Assembly (NCBI RefSeq): GCF_009914755.1
Contig: NC_060928.1
DNA: 64,000 bases
From: the human T2T-CHM13v2.0 reference genome, Homo sapiens
Direction: 5' to 3' (one strand)
Positions 40,460-52,577 of this stretch are shown here, piece by piece. The stretch's first letter is position 1; each line of letters opens with the position of its first letter. Under the pieces are notes generated by a model that saw only the letters and a list, made by a program, of their open reading frames with translations, was not told the origin of the DNA and did no database searches. A program made the position numbers and the translations under genes.

Positions 40460-40955
40460 AATTATATTCAGTTGCATGTATCAGAAACCTGACTGCCATG
40501 ACTTAACCTAATAGGGGTTTATATTTCTCACACTGTAAGGAGTCGTGAGATGGGCAATGAAACTCAGGTATGTGTTTCTTTCCTCTTTAGGGAGATGGCT
40601 TTTATCCACATGCTCATAGTAGAGCTGCTGCAACATGAGTACCCTGCCTATATACTAGGCAGAAAAGGCAGAGGGCCCAGGACTACAAATAACTGCCAAA
40701 TGAGTTTAATTTTTTATTAAGGAAATAATAGTTTTCTACGAAGCTCCACCCATCCACTTCCATATCACCAATCAAAGCTATTTTACATGGCTACCCTGGC
40801 TAAAAGGGAAGTGCAATTTTTTTTTTTTTTTTTTAACTCTGAGGACATTGTTTTAACTCTGAGGACATCATAATCAACTCAGAATTCTCTACGTAGTGAA
40901 GGGATGGCTATAAGGGAAGGAAAAGATACTGGTTGGCTACCAAAAGATCTATTAT
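40460..40955 (-). mobile_element. MLT1J-like LTR
   Basis: ttcagttgcatgtatcagaaacc...tttctcaca...acatggctaccctggctaaaaggga. Confidence 0.6.
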
Positions 40956-41457
40956 ACCATCAAGAAAATTAAGAAAGTTGTAAACAAATAAAACAAATAT
41001 TTTAACTGTATATCCTGGGACAGCTAGTTTCTTCACAACTTAAAATTTCTATTTGTTTAATATGTAAACAGTTTCAGAACCCAAATAAGGAAAGGAAGTT
41101 TACCAATTCTTTTTACAAAGCTATTGAAGCAATGAAACCTAATCTGAAAAACTGTAGAACAAAAAAGAAAATGATTTTAAAAGTTTATTTGGTAAGATAG
41201 ATGAAAAATCTCTAAACAAAAACCTAGCAAATTGCATATAAAATAATATATAAAAGAATACTATGCCATGAATAACATGCTTTATGCCAGGATTACAATG
41301 ATGATTAATATCAGAAAATGGATGGATGAATAGATAGATGCATGATAGATGATTAATTGATAGAGAGAGAGAGAGAGACAGAGACATCACCATATTAACA
41401 AGTCAAAGGAGAAAAGATTTGGTCATTTTAATAGATGATAGCATTCAATATCATTTC

Positions 41458-41820
41458 TTCTATGGTCTGAATTTTGGTATCCCTCCCCTAAAATTCATTA
41501 GTTGGGACCTAATACCCAGTGTGACAGTATGAACAGACAGAGTTTTTTCAAAAGTATTAAGCCATGAGAGTTCCACCTTCATGAATGAGATTACGGCCCT
41601 TATAAAAATGTTGAAGGGTTCAATCTTTCCTTTTCACCATGGGAGCATGCAACAAGAGACTCTGTCTATAAAGCAGAGATGGCCCCCACCATATACCTAC
41701 TTTGCCTGCACATTTATCTTGGACTTCCCAATCTCCAGAATTGTGAGCAATAAATTTCAATTGTTTATAAACTCCCTAGTCTAAGGTATTTTGCTATAGC
41801 AGCCCAAACAAACTAATATG
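41458..41820 (+). mobile_element. MSTD/MLT1A-type MaLR solo LTR
   Basis: ctatggtctgaat...cttggacttccc...aataaatttc...tatagcagcccaaac; perfect 5-bp TSD ATTTC at 41453 and 41821. Confidence 0.88.
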
Positions 41821-43079
41821 ATTTCCTAGTAGGGGAAAAATAATTCTTAAACATAATAGGCTAGCTTAAACCTAGAGGCAATAACACACTTGATGAAATA
41901 TTGTAATTGTTACCATGAGTGGGAAGAAAAAATATCAGGATGCCTTTTCTCCCCAACGTAACATTTCTACCAAAGAAGTAGCTGGTTCAATCACTACTTT
42001 GTTAGCCTTTTTTTTAAGTTAAGTATTAGAATAGATAGGACATAAATTCAATAATTTGCTGATGATATAATTATTAGAAAACCAACAGCAAACATATTAG
42101 AAATAGTAAGAATGTTCAAAGTGATGATAAATTGGGAGTTCAAAAATAAGAAAAACAGATTTCTTAAAGACTAATATTAGAAAATATGGTGAAAAATTAT
42201 CTATTTATAATAGCAGACAAAATTTTAAAAAGTGTAGATAAATCTAATGAGAATATGAGATATCATTGGAAAAAATGTCTACAAATCTCACTGAAAACAT
42301 ATGAAAAACAGTTTAAATAAATAAAAAAGAATAGTGTATTATTTCCTAGCAAAGATCAATATAATACAAATATCAATAGCTCCCCTATTCAAATAGTCAT
42401 CCCAAATAAAAGTTTCAAGAATATATCTTTAATTTGCAAAACCATTTCAAGAAGTCATTTGTAAAGATAACATGAAAATAAGAAGAAAAATTTTGACAAA
42501 AACTGGATTATTTAAGGGACCTTTTCCTTCCAGTTATTTGAAACACCTTATATAGCTAAATATCAAAAATGTTTAGAACTGCTGTAAATAGTTTGGTGCC
42601 AGGGGAAAAACATACATTAGAATGGAATGTATTGTTTTCTAGAAAAAAGAAAGAAGAGAATAGAATCTGTTTTACCCTTTATGCAAAATGCATTCTATAG
42701 AAAGCTTTGTTTAAAAAAAAAGAAAAGAAAAAAGGAAACAAGAAAAGGGGAGAGGGAGACAGGCAGGCAGGGAGGGAGGCAGGGCAAAAACATAGGAAGA
42801 AAATATAGATCAATAGTAATAAAGTCCTGGAGACTGAGAAAGATCTGAACATAGTACAAATGACAAAAGTCACTTTAAACGTTTAGATAAATGTTGTAAT
42901 ATAAAATGTCAATGTATAAAATATTTAAAACCTCTATATGAAAGACATAAACAAAGAAAGAAATGATGAACAAACTGGGCAAGGGCCACCTTCAATACAT
43001 TATTTATAGAAAAAACTTTCAAATCAATAAAAAGTCAACCACCCCAATAGAATAAAAAATGACTATGTATTTTACAATA

Positions 43080-44466
43080 CATAATAAGTATATCTAGATG
43101 GACAGATAGATAATTTCCAGCTTTTCTCATATTACAAATGATGTGGTTGGAAAATTTCTTGTTCAAGTCTCCCAGTGACAGATGTAAGAAATTCTGAAGG
43201 ATGTATACCCAGGAATGCAACTGCAGATTTGAAAGGTTTGAATATCCTCAACCTTACTATATCATGCTAATTGTTTTCTAAAGTGTTTGTACTAATGTAC
43301 ACTCCCACCTGCTGGGACTATGAACACATTTACTTCCCTCTAAAGTAAAGTCTGGTATTTTCAGACTTTTTAAAATAGGCCCATCTGTTAGAACTAAAAA
43401 GTATCATTGAGAACTTCATTTACTTTTCATACATCTAATGATGTCAAGAATCTTTCATATGTTTATTGATGATTCCTACTTTCTGTAAAATGCCTATTTA
43501 TGCCTTTGTCTTAGGAGTGAGTTTTTTATTTCAAAATATGTAGGCGTTTAATATTTGTGATTCCTAAATCAATTACATTATGGACAGAGAATGTGGTCCA
43601 AATGATACCAGTTATCTGAAAATGTTTAAGACTTGCTCTATGGCCTACGCTTTATGACATGGGTCAGATTTATAAATGTTCATATGAGTTGGGAAAGAAT
43701 AAGTGTGTTGAGTCAAAGTTCTCTATTTTATCCTATATATGTGCTTTAGATCAAGCCTATCTATCACTTTTTTTTGAGATTATCTACTTGATCTATCCCA
43801 TGCTAAAAGCAGTATGCTCAAATATCCAAATACGTCGATATATTATCTGTTTCTTCTTGTAGATGTAGAAATCTTGCTGCAGTAAATTTTTAAGCTATGA
43901 TACTCAATCTATGTATGTTTAGAATTATTGTATGTTTATGGCCCTTGATCCTTTATCATTAGCTAAGGCACACCAGTTTTATCTAATTTAACGTAAGTCT
44001 AATATATTAGTTTGTATCATTTCTCTTATGGCTATTCTTACTCGTATGGTTAAAGATGTATATGCGGTAAACAGCAGATTGTATAAGATATATCAAAGAA
44101 GATCAATAAAGCTAATCATTCTGTTGACAGTTTAATAAAGTTTAATAAAATTATTCCACCTTTGGCAAGAGTAATCTTTTTTCTTTCTTTTTCTGATCAC
44201 TGATATATATGAATGTATTTTTACCATCTTATTTTCTGCTTTGTCCCAGGTTTGCTGTGCTCCTTTTGCTCCTCTCTTGTCTTCTTTTACATTTTTTTAT
44301 TTTTCCCCCCATTTTTTCTCCTTTTGTAGTTTGGAATTATATACTGCATTCTGTTCTTTAAGTGGTTACTCATTTTTTAATTGCATGCTTCACTTAAGAC
44401 TAAAGTAAATCAATGTATATACCCACCTTCTAAACAACTTGGGGAAATTAGAGGACATCTAAACTC

Positions 44467-44514
<48 letters not shown>

Positions 44515-45122
44515 TGCGCAAATGTGCACATGCACAGTCAAAAATTTCCCATCTTGTGTTGTTCTAATGCCTTCACCATAGATATCATTGTAACATGTTT
44601 ACCATTTCCTTTGTTTACCAACTTTTTAAAAATCATGCCTTCCTTTTAGAATCATTCTCCTTCTATCTAAAATGCATCCATTTCTTTTGAAATTCAGTTT
44701 TGTCTGAAATCTCTGTTCTTCTGTCATTTTTCTTAAATTTTTTTTTTGGCTATATAGCTTTTGGTAAGTAGTTGCTTTTCCTCAACATTTTAACAATATT
44801 AGTTCTTCCCGCTCTTCTGTCAGAATTCTATATCTGTCTTTGGTGTTTAATAGTTTCGCCGTGATAAATTGGGTTATAGATTTCCTTTTGTTTATCCGTC
44901 TAAGAAAGTACTGACTGTTATTTGTCAACCAAACATTTTAAAATTAAAAATCAATTAAATATTTTAAAATTTTTTTGAAAGATAGAATAAATACATAAAA
45001 GTACACACTTCACTGCTAGACTCCCTAGCTTTTAATCTTGATTCAGCAACTTACCAACTGTAGGATTCTAGGAAAGTTATTTAGTTGATTCTTCAGTTTC
45101 CCTATCTATCAAACAATATAAC

Positions 45123-45158
<36 letters not shown>

Positions 45159-46570
45159 CACCTAATAGTAACCCTACCTGGGCCATAGTAAATGTATGTA
45201 TAACATTTGATTTATGGTAAAATTAATAACTACAGTTTTCTTAGTATTCTGCTTATTTTCACCTTCTGAAAATCTGATAAGTCTTCTTGTTTTGAAATCT
45301 CTTTATGCTCTTTTTCATGTAGTCATTCTCTTTGCCTCCTTGTTCTTCCTTGATAAATTTTTTCATGTTTGTCTTTACTTCTGCTCTATCAAAAGACTTT
45401 TTAACAAATTCACTGGATTCTCTATGGTAAAAGAAAAACTTCAGACGAATTAAATTTAAAGGAGTTTAATTGAGCTACAAACCATTCGTGAATCAGAATC
45501 ACAGCACATTCAGAGACTCCACAGATGCCTTCTGGTCAGAACAAAGTTACAGACAAAAAAAAAAAAAAAAAAGTAAAGTGACGATAGAAATCAGCAGTAA
45601 GGCACAGAAATAGCTGGATTGGTTACAGCTCAGCTCAGCGTTTGTCTTACTTGGACACAGTTTGAACATCAGCAGTGTATGAATGGTTGAAGTACTCGCT
45701 GAGATTGGCCAAGAATCAGCGATTGTTACAGGCGCATACTCCTAAGTTAGGTGTTCGAACTTGTCTATTAAGTTAGGTTGCAGTTCATCCACAAGGACTC
45801 AAACATAGAAGTATGGAGTCCTTCTCGGTCATATTTAGTTTGCTTTCTCATGTATAAAATAATTCTGTCATCTTGGGTTCTCATGAATCCGATTGTGCAT
45901 TTTATTGTTTCTGCTGACCCTCATTCAGGGTGCCTTGTTTCCTCATGTGTTTTGTGTTGTATGCTGAAACTTTATATGTAATAGTTTTTTGTGTACAAGT
46001 TGGAAAGTGAATTATTTCATCAAGGAAAGCAACAGCACTTTAAATTCAATAAATTTACCCCCCCTAAGTTGTTGAGAGTCTTGTAGGAGAGTCTCAAAAA
46101 AGACTCCTACCACCTCCTTACCCAAAGTCAAGTTAGACAAGTTTCTTCATCCTTGCAGAGTATGTCTGCCACCCACTCTCTAAATGTTGCCCCCAAATAC
46201 CTCTGTTGCTGAGGTTTTAGAACTCTTAGACTCTTAGCTTTCTACTCTCCTCTAGGATGTGATTCCCTGTCTTGTAAGGGCTCCAGGCTTTATCTCCCAT
46301 CTCTTCAGTGGTCATTTTTATTAAAGCTCCAGGTTAGTGTGTGTGCCTGCAGGTATCTTTAATATTTCAACATTCACCGCTCTGGATTAATGCACAGACT
46401 TTAGGTTTGTTTTTGGTTCCTTGTTACCTGTTATCCTTCCCAAAAGTTTTTCTTACCTTCTGACAGATCACCTATGCATCTTTAAATGCTTCCTTTTAAA
46501 TTCCAGTACTGTTATGTATGTTGTAATTGGAGGAGATTTTAGAATATTTCATCTATTATCTTGTCAGGAT
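43080..46570 (-). mobile_element. Old L1M fragments with embedded (CT)n(CA)n at 44470-44515, a MIR with (AAT)n at ~45010-45200, and MER57
   Basis: Antisense L1 motifs atgtatacccaggaatg, tacactcccacc and tggacagagaatgtggtc. Confidence 0.55.
45425..45850 (-). mobile_element. MER57-type ERV1 solo LTR
   Basis: aattaaatttaaaggagtttaattgagc...tggattggttacagctc...gattggccaag...catatttagtttgcttt; approximate 4-bp TSD tcta/tgta. Confidence 0.8.
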
Positions 46571-48769
46571 GAGAGTTTGACACTTAATCTCAAAAAGTAA
46601 TTTAAATCCTAGGATAATTAAATTCAATGAATATATCGGTATGTTATTAGATTCCCAACTAAACTGTTAATCAAAGAAAATATTTTAATGTAAAGATGGA
46701 TGTCTATACATATGAAAAGTTATTGTCTTTTCTGTTTTATATTGTTACTACACATACACAAACAAAAAGGCTAGATGTATTTTCTTTAGATTTTAATGAT
46801 TAGAAGTATTACCATTTGAAAGGGAAAACAATGATTTCCAGGGAACCTACAGAAAGTAACAAGAACCACCAATTACAAAAGGCAATTAGCAAATGGCTAG
46901 TTTTCCTGTTTGAATGGGCAATAGTAACAGTGATTTACTTGTTTAATGATAGGTGGGATAGCTATTTGTTCAACATTTTTATAATCAAGATAAACACTTC
47001 TTAACTGAACAGTCAATCCTATTTCATAGATGTTATGTAAGCTTTTCCTAAACTAAAATTAAACATAATTTGCCAAAGCCATTTTGGCTTAGTAAACACA
47101 ATTTTAAGCAAGTATTATTTATATCTAACTTTATTTATCATGCTATTTTCCAAAAAGGATTTTCATGTAAAGGAGAAAATTGTAGACTTTTCTAAGTTAG
47201 ATTCTCAGAATACCTAACTTTAAATAGAGATGAGAACATATTTTGCAAAAGTAGATGTTCAGCAGGAAACACTGAGAGAGGTTATACAATCCCTTCAATG
47301 TTTTTTTTTTTTTTCAGGCTGCAAAAGAAGTCACTCTTCCTCTTACTACATAGGAGTGGCTTAGTCCATAGATGAATAATGGACACTAAAGTTATCAACC
47401 GCACCTGTCTGTACAGGGTCTGAAATTTGACCTTAACCAAAGAAATTGGAAATTTTATTTTCTATAAAAGTATAACAAATTGTTAGCTCTCATATTTGCA
47501 GGAAGTGAGCCAACGTGTTTTGAGGGCTACCTGCATGCAAAGCACTGTGATAACCAGTTTTTAGGAGGTGAATCTACTTGTTGACCTTTTACACAGGCAT
47601 TAGCATGATCAATATGATACAAATTACCTGCATGTTAAGGAGCATGAGGCACTGCTCCTTCCAATATACAACAAATTCAGATATATAATAACAGGCAGCC
47701 GGGCCAGAAATGGGTAGGGAATGTTCTATACGAGTTTCGTATAAATTGATTGTATATACAGTAAAGCATGACTGATTTTGCACAAAATCTCTGTAAAATT
47801 ATAAAGTCCTGCCCTGCTTATGGCAGTGAGTTGCTGTTTATACACTCATTGATTCTATGGCTGCATCTGATAGAAGGAGAGTTCAGCCTTTATTAAGTTA
47901 AAGCCCAGGAACACACCACTGAAACCAGATAAAAGAATGTTGTCACAATGATCCAAACATACACAAAGAAAAAGTTCAGTGTTTCAGACTCTGCACCAAG
48001 AAGCTAAACAAATCGAAGGAAACATTTGATTCTAAAGTATCCGAAGTTCTCTTGCTGACCAAATATTCAAATGCCAATTTAGTTGACATGAAGAACAAAG
48101 TGAAAGTTAATAACACAAATAGGTACTTAATCTGCAAAAGCTCTTACTTAGAAGATCAGAGAGTCTAATTTCCACATTCAGCATAAACTTTTGATGCTGG
48201 TCCTTTCTGGAATAGAAGAATACATACTCTATCTTTAGTACTCTGTTACTTTCTGCAATATTTTGTATCATTGCTGATACTGAATATTACAGAATAATAT
48301 TCAGTAAACAAGAATTGATAATGAAATTTCAGAAAAATATGGAGACATTTACTTGTCAACATTGCTACCAGTTAGTATTTCTGCTTTGATACATCAACTA
48401 TAAGATATTATTTTTACAATGATGAGAATTCTTAAAGTCATTGTGTAAGAATTTACACCTTCAGTATTGCAGACTCACTGTTGCTTCTTTAAAAGTAGTC
48501 GTACAAATCTTGCTGCCACTATTTCATGAGTATCTTCATTTTCTGTTAGTAGCAACTCAGGTAGATGTTGATGTTCATTTCTTTCTATGCTGCTATATAT
48601 CAGTCTTTCTTTTTGATAGGTAGTTCTTATAATGTGAATTATCTTTCTGTTTCTCTACTCATTCTGTCCTTTGTAGCCCCATCATGCTCAGCTTGACCTC
48701 CAAGTCATCCTTTAAGCTTGTTGCAAAGAGCTTGAGTTATTTTGTTGATTTCAACTTCATGATTAATTT

Positions 48770-50540
48770 ATTCAGGTGCTGGGATATAGAATGAACAGAA
48801 CATACCAGAAGTCCAGCTTTTTTTTATAGTAGGAAGATACATACAATAAGCAAATAAGTAAAATATTTAGTATGTCAAATAATAAATGCTAGAGAGAAAA
48901 ATAAAGCCAGCGAGAAGAGTTTGCAAGGGAAGGAGAGATGAGTTATGCAACGTTAGATAAGGTGGTTAGAGAAAGCATAAGAAATAGGGTGATGTTTGAG
49001 CAAACAAAGGAAAGAAGTGAAGGAACAGGGCATGCTGCTCTCTGTGGGAAAAAGGTTCTGTACTCAGGGAGCAAGTGCAAAAACTCAGAGTATGCCTAGT
49101 ATGTTCAAGAAGCAGCAAAAAATATTTAGCATGAGTAACTCAAATGATGGACTTTCTGCCTACCGAGAGAGAGAAGACTAAAGGAGAGTAGAAGTTAGAA
49201 TAGGTATGAACATCATAGTTTCAGGTTTATATGTATTCATTTTGAGATATCTATTAGATATCCAAATGGAGACAAGAAATTTCAAGTTGCTTACATCTAT
49301 CTGTAGTTAAGAGAGCCCTCTGGGCTGAATGTTCATATTTGAGAGACCTTGGTGTTTCAACATTGTCCCTGTGTGTGTGTGTGTGTGTGTGTGTGTATTT
49401 TAAAGCCACGCCATGAGATCAGATAAGTGAATATAATAGGAAAGAGAAATGGTCCAACAGTGAAACTCCAGAAACTGTAATGTGTAAACTGGGGAATTCA
49501 AACTGAACTTTGTGTATCCTGGGAGTATAAATAAGACTTTCCAAAGAGTATGCAGGCCTGAATGGATTAGGGAAAATCAACTTCCATATCCTCAGCATTG
49601 ATATAAGTAATAATGACTAAAATTGATCTGCCTGATACCTGAGACCCTTCAGCTGAGCATCTCAAGCATTCTTATTTCCCACTTTTATTTGCAAAACACT
49701 CTACCTTTATGCAATTTACAGACAAATGATACATTTTTCACACATTATGAAGCTTTCTAGGCTGCACTGCCTCAGGTGTTATTGCCTTGGGATGCCAAAC
49801 AATGGGAAATTTTAAAGTATTGTTGTCTAATTGGACTCTAATGACTGAGAAAAAATTCTGGCATATCAAGTGGTTTCCAATTCTTGGATTGCCACAAAAT
49901 TGTGATGGGGAGCTCTGATATTATTAAAAGTAATTTATGACGATGGATCATTTAACTTAGGGGCATAGAGTTTGAAAGGTAATCAAAAGACCAAGTGATA
50001 TTTTTATGAGGAAACCTGTACTATTCCCACCTATGTAAATTAGGTTCCTCAAGGAGCCCATATATAGCAATGAAAATAAAAATGTAAAATAAAGCAGTTC
50101 TACCATATTAAAAACAAGAAAGTCATATGATATGCCTAGAGCTGGATGTTAGGTTGATGTGGTCAAGGGTTGTGCTGCAGTTCTCACTGATTGTTTTTCT
50201 ATTTTTCAGTGTAATTGAAAAAGGTCATCCCAGGTAAGAGTGAGGAATGGGGAGAAATTTTGGGAGTGTGACCAGAGAAGAAGGTGTGAAATACTACTCG
50301 TCAAAAAGAGTAACAGACCTAGAGTAAGGGTGTATGGTAGGGTCACTCAAGGTTAGTGATCAGGAATTATTTAAAATGAATCACCAGTAAACATGCTTGT
50401 TTCTCCCTCTGGCCATGGTCAGTCATGCACAGTATTTTTTCTCTAGCCACAAATACAGATGTGGAGTAGGCAAAAAAAAAAAAAAAAAAAAAAAAAAAAC
50501 TGGATTTCATCAAGGTTAGACTTTGCTGAGCAAGAAGAGT
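48770..50540 (-). mobile_element. L2 fragments with (TG)n at 49370-49396, poly-A at 50472-50498 and an unidentified insert at ~49500-50110
   Basis: aggtgctgggatataga..., tttgagatatctattagatatccaaatggaga and tttcagtg...aaggtcatc. Confidence 0.65.
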
Positions 50541-50702
50541 GCAATGAAAAAGTTCTACTTGCTGAGTGAGTGATTGAGAGGTTGATTTATTAAAATGAGT
50601 GAGTGATTAAAATGATATTCCTGAACCCAGTAGGATCAACCTATTGCTGAACTCTCCCATTATTTTTCCTTTTTTTTCTGACTCCCCTCATCTTTTCTTA
50701 TT

Positions 50703-52538
50703 TTTTAAATTTTTACTATTTATGGGTACATAGTAGGTATTATATATACCTACTCGGGTACATGAAATATTTTGACACAGGCATGCAATGTGTAACAATC
50801 ATATCAGGGTAAATAGGGTATTCATTGCCTCAAGCATTTATCATTTCTTTGTGTTAACATTCCATTTAGATTATTTCAGTTATTTTGAAATGTACAGTAA
50901 ATTACTGTTGACCATAGTCACCATGTTGTGCTATCAAATACTAAATCTTATTTATTCTAACTATATTTTTGTATGCATTAACCATCCTGACTTTCTCTCC
51001 CCACCACTACCCATTCCCACCCCTAGCAAACATCATTCTATTCTCTATCTTCATGAGTTCAATTGTTTTAATTTTTAGCTCCCAAAAGCATGTGAGAACA
51101 TGTGAAGTTTGTTTATCTGTGCCTGGCTTATTTCACTTACCATAATGCCCTCCAGTTCCATCCATATTGTTGCAAATTACAGGATTCTATTCTTTTTTAA
51201 TGACCGAATATTATACCATTGTGTATATGTGCCACATTTTCCTTATTCATTCATATGTTACTGTATACTTAGGTTAATTCCAAATCTTGGCTTATTACAA
51301 ATAGTGCAGCAACAAACATGGGAGTCCAGATATCTCTTTGAAATACTGATTTATTTTCATTTGGGTATATACCCAGTAGTGGGGTTGCTAGATCTCATGA
51401 CAGTTATATTTTTACTTTTTTGAAGAACCTCCATACTGTTCTCCATAGTGGTTGCACTAATTTACATTTCCACCAACAGTCTAAGAGGGTCTCCTTTTCT
51501 CCACATCCTCACCAGCATTTATTATTGCCTGTCTTTTGGATAAGTCATTTTAACTGAGATGAGATGATATCTCACTATAGCCTTGATTTGCATTTCTCCG
51601 ATGATTAGTCATGTTGAGCCCCTTTTCATATGCCTGTCTGGCATTTGTATGTCTTCTTTTGAGAAATGTCTGTTCAGATATTTTGCCCATTTTTTAATGG
51701 GATTAGTAGAATTTTTCCTGTTGGGTGGTTTGAGCTTCTTATATATTCTGCCTATTAATCCTTTGTTAGATGCATAGTTTGCAAATATTTTCTCTTATTC
51801 TGTGGGTTGTCTCTTCACTTTGTTGTTCCCTTTGCTGTGCAGAAGCTTTTACACTTCATGTGATCCCATTTGTCCATTTTGGCATTTGTTGTCTATGCTT
51901 TTGGTGGGGGTGGGTATTACTTGAGAAATATTTGCCCAGATCAATGTTCAGGAGAGATTTCCCAATGTTTTATTTTAGTAGTTAATAAGTTTTTTGTCTT
52001 AGATTTAAGTCTTTAATCCACTTTGATTTGATTTTTGTTCATAGCAAGAGTTGGGGATCTAGTTTTATTCTACTGCATATGGATATACAGTTTTCCTGCA
52101 CAATTTATTGAAGAGACTATCCTTTCCCCAGTGTATGTTCTAGGCTCCTTTGTTGAAAATGAATTCACTGTAGACATATGGATTTATTTATGGGTTCTCC
52201 ACTCTGTTCCATTGGCATATATGTCTGTTTTCATGCCAGTGCCATAACATTTGGGTTACCATAGCTCTGGAGTATAACTTGAGGTCAGATAATTTGATTT
52301 CTTCAGTTTTGTTCTTTTGGCTAGGGATAACTTTGGCTATTCTGGGTCTTTTGTAGTTCCATATAAATTTTTGGATTTTTTTTTTCATTCTATGAAGAAT
52401 GACATTGGTATTTGACAGGAATTGCATTGAATCTGTAGATTGCTCTAGGGAGTGTATTAGTCAGAGTTCTCTTAGAGGGACAGAATTAACTGGGACAGAA
52501 CTAACTAAACTCTCTCTCTATATATATGGAGTTTATTT

Positions 52539-52577
<39 letters not shown>

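Larger units (their letters stand above)
39600..43050 (+). mobile_element. Old L1M(E) ORF2 remnants, interrupted by MaLR LTRs
   Basis: A-rich degenerate ORF2 motifs aaaattgactcaagaa, tttatgccaggattacaatga and tttgctgatgatata (FADD-like). Confidence 0.65.

Noticed and set aside
40831-40868. 20-bp-period duplication ttttaactctgaggacat
   Set aside because: Ordinary slippage next to a poly-T tract inside an old MLT1
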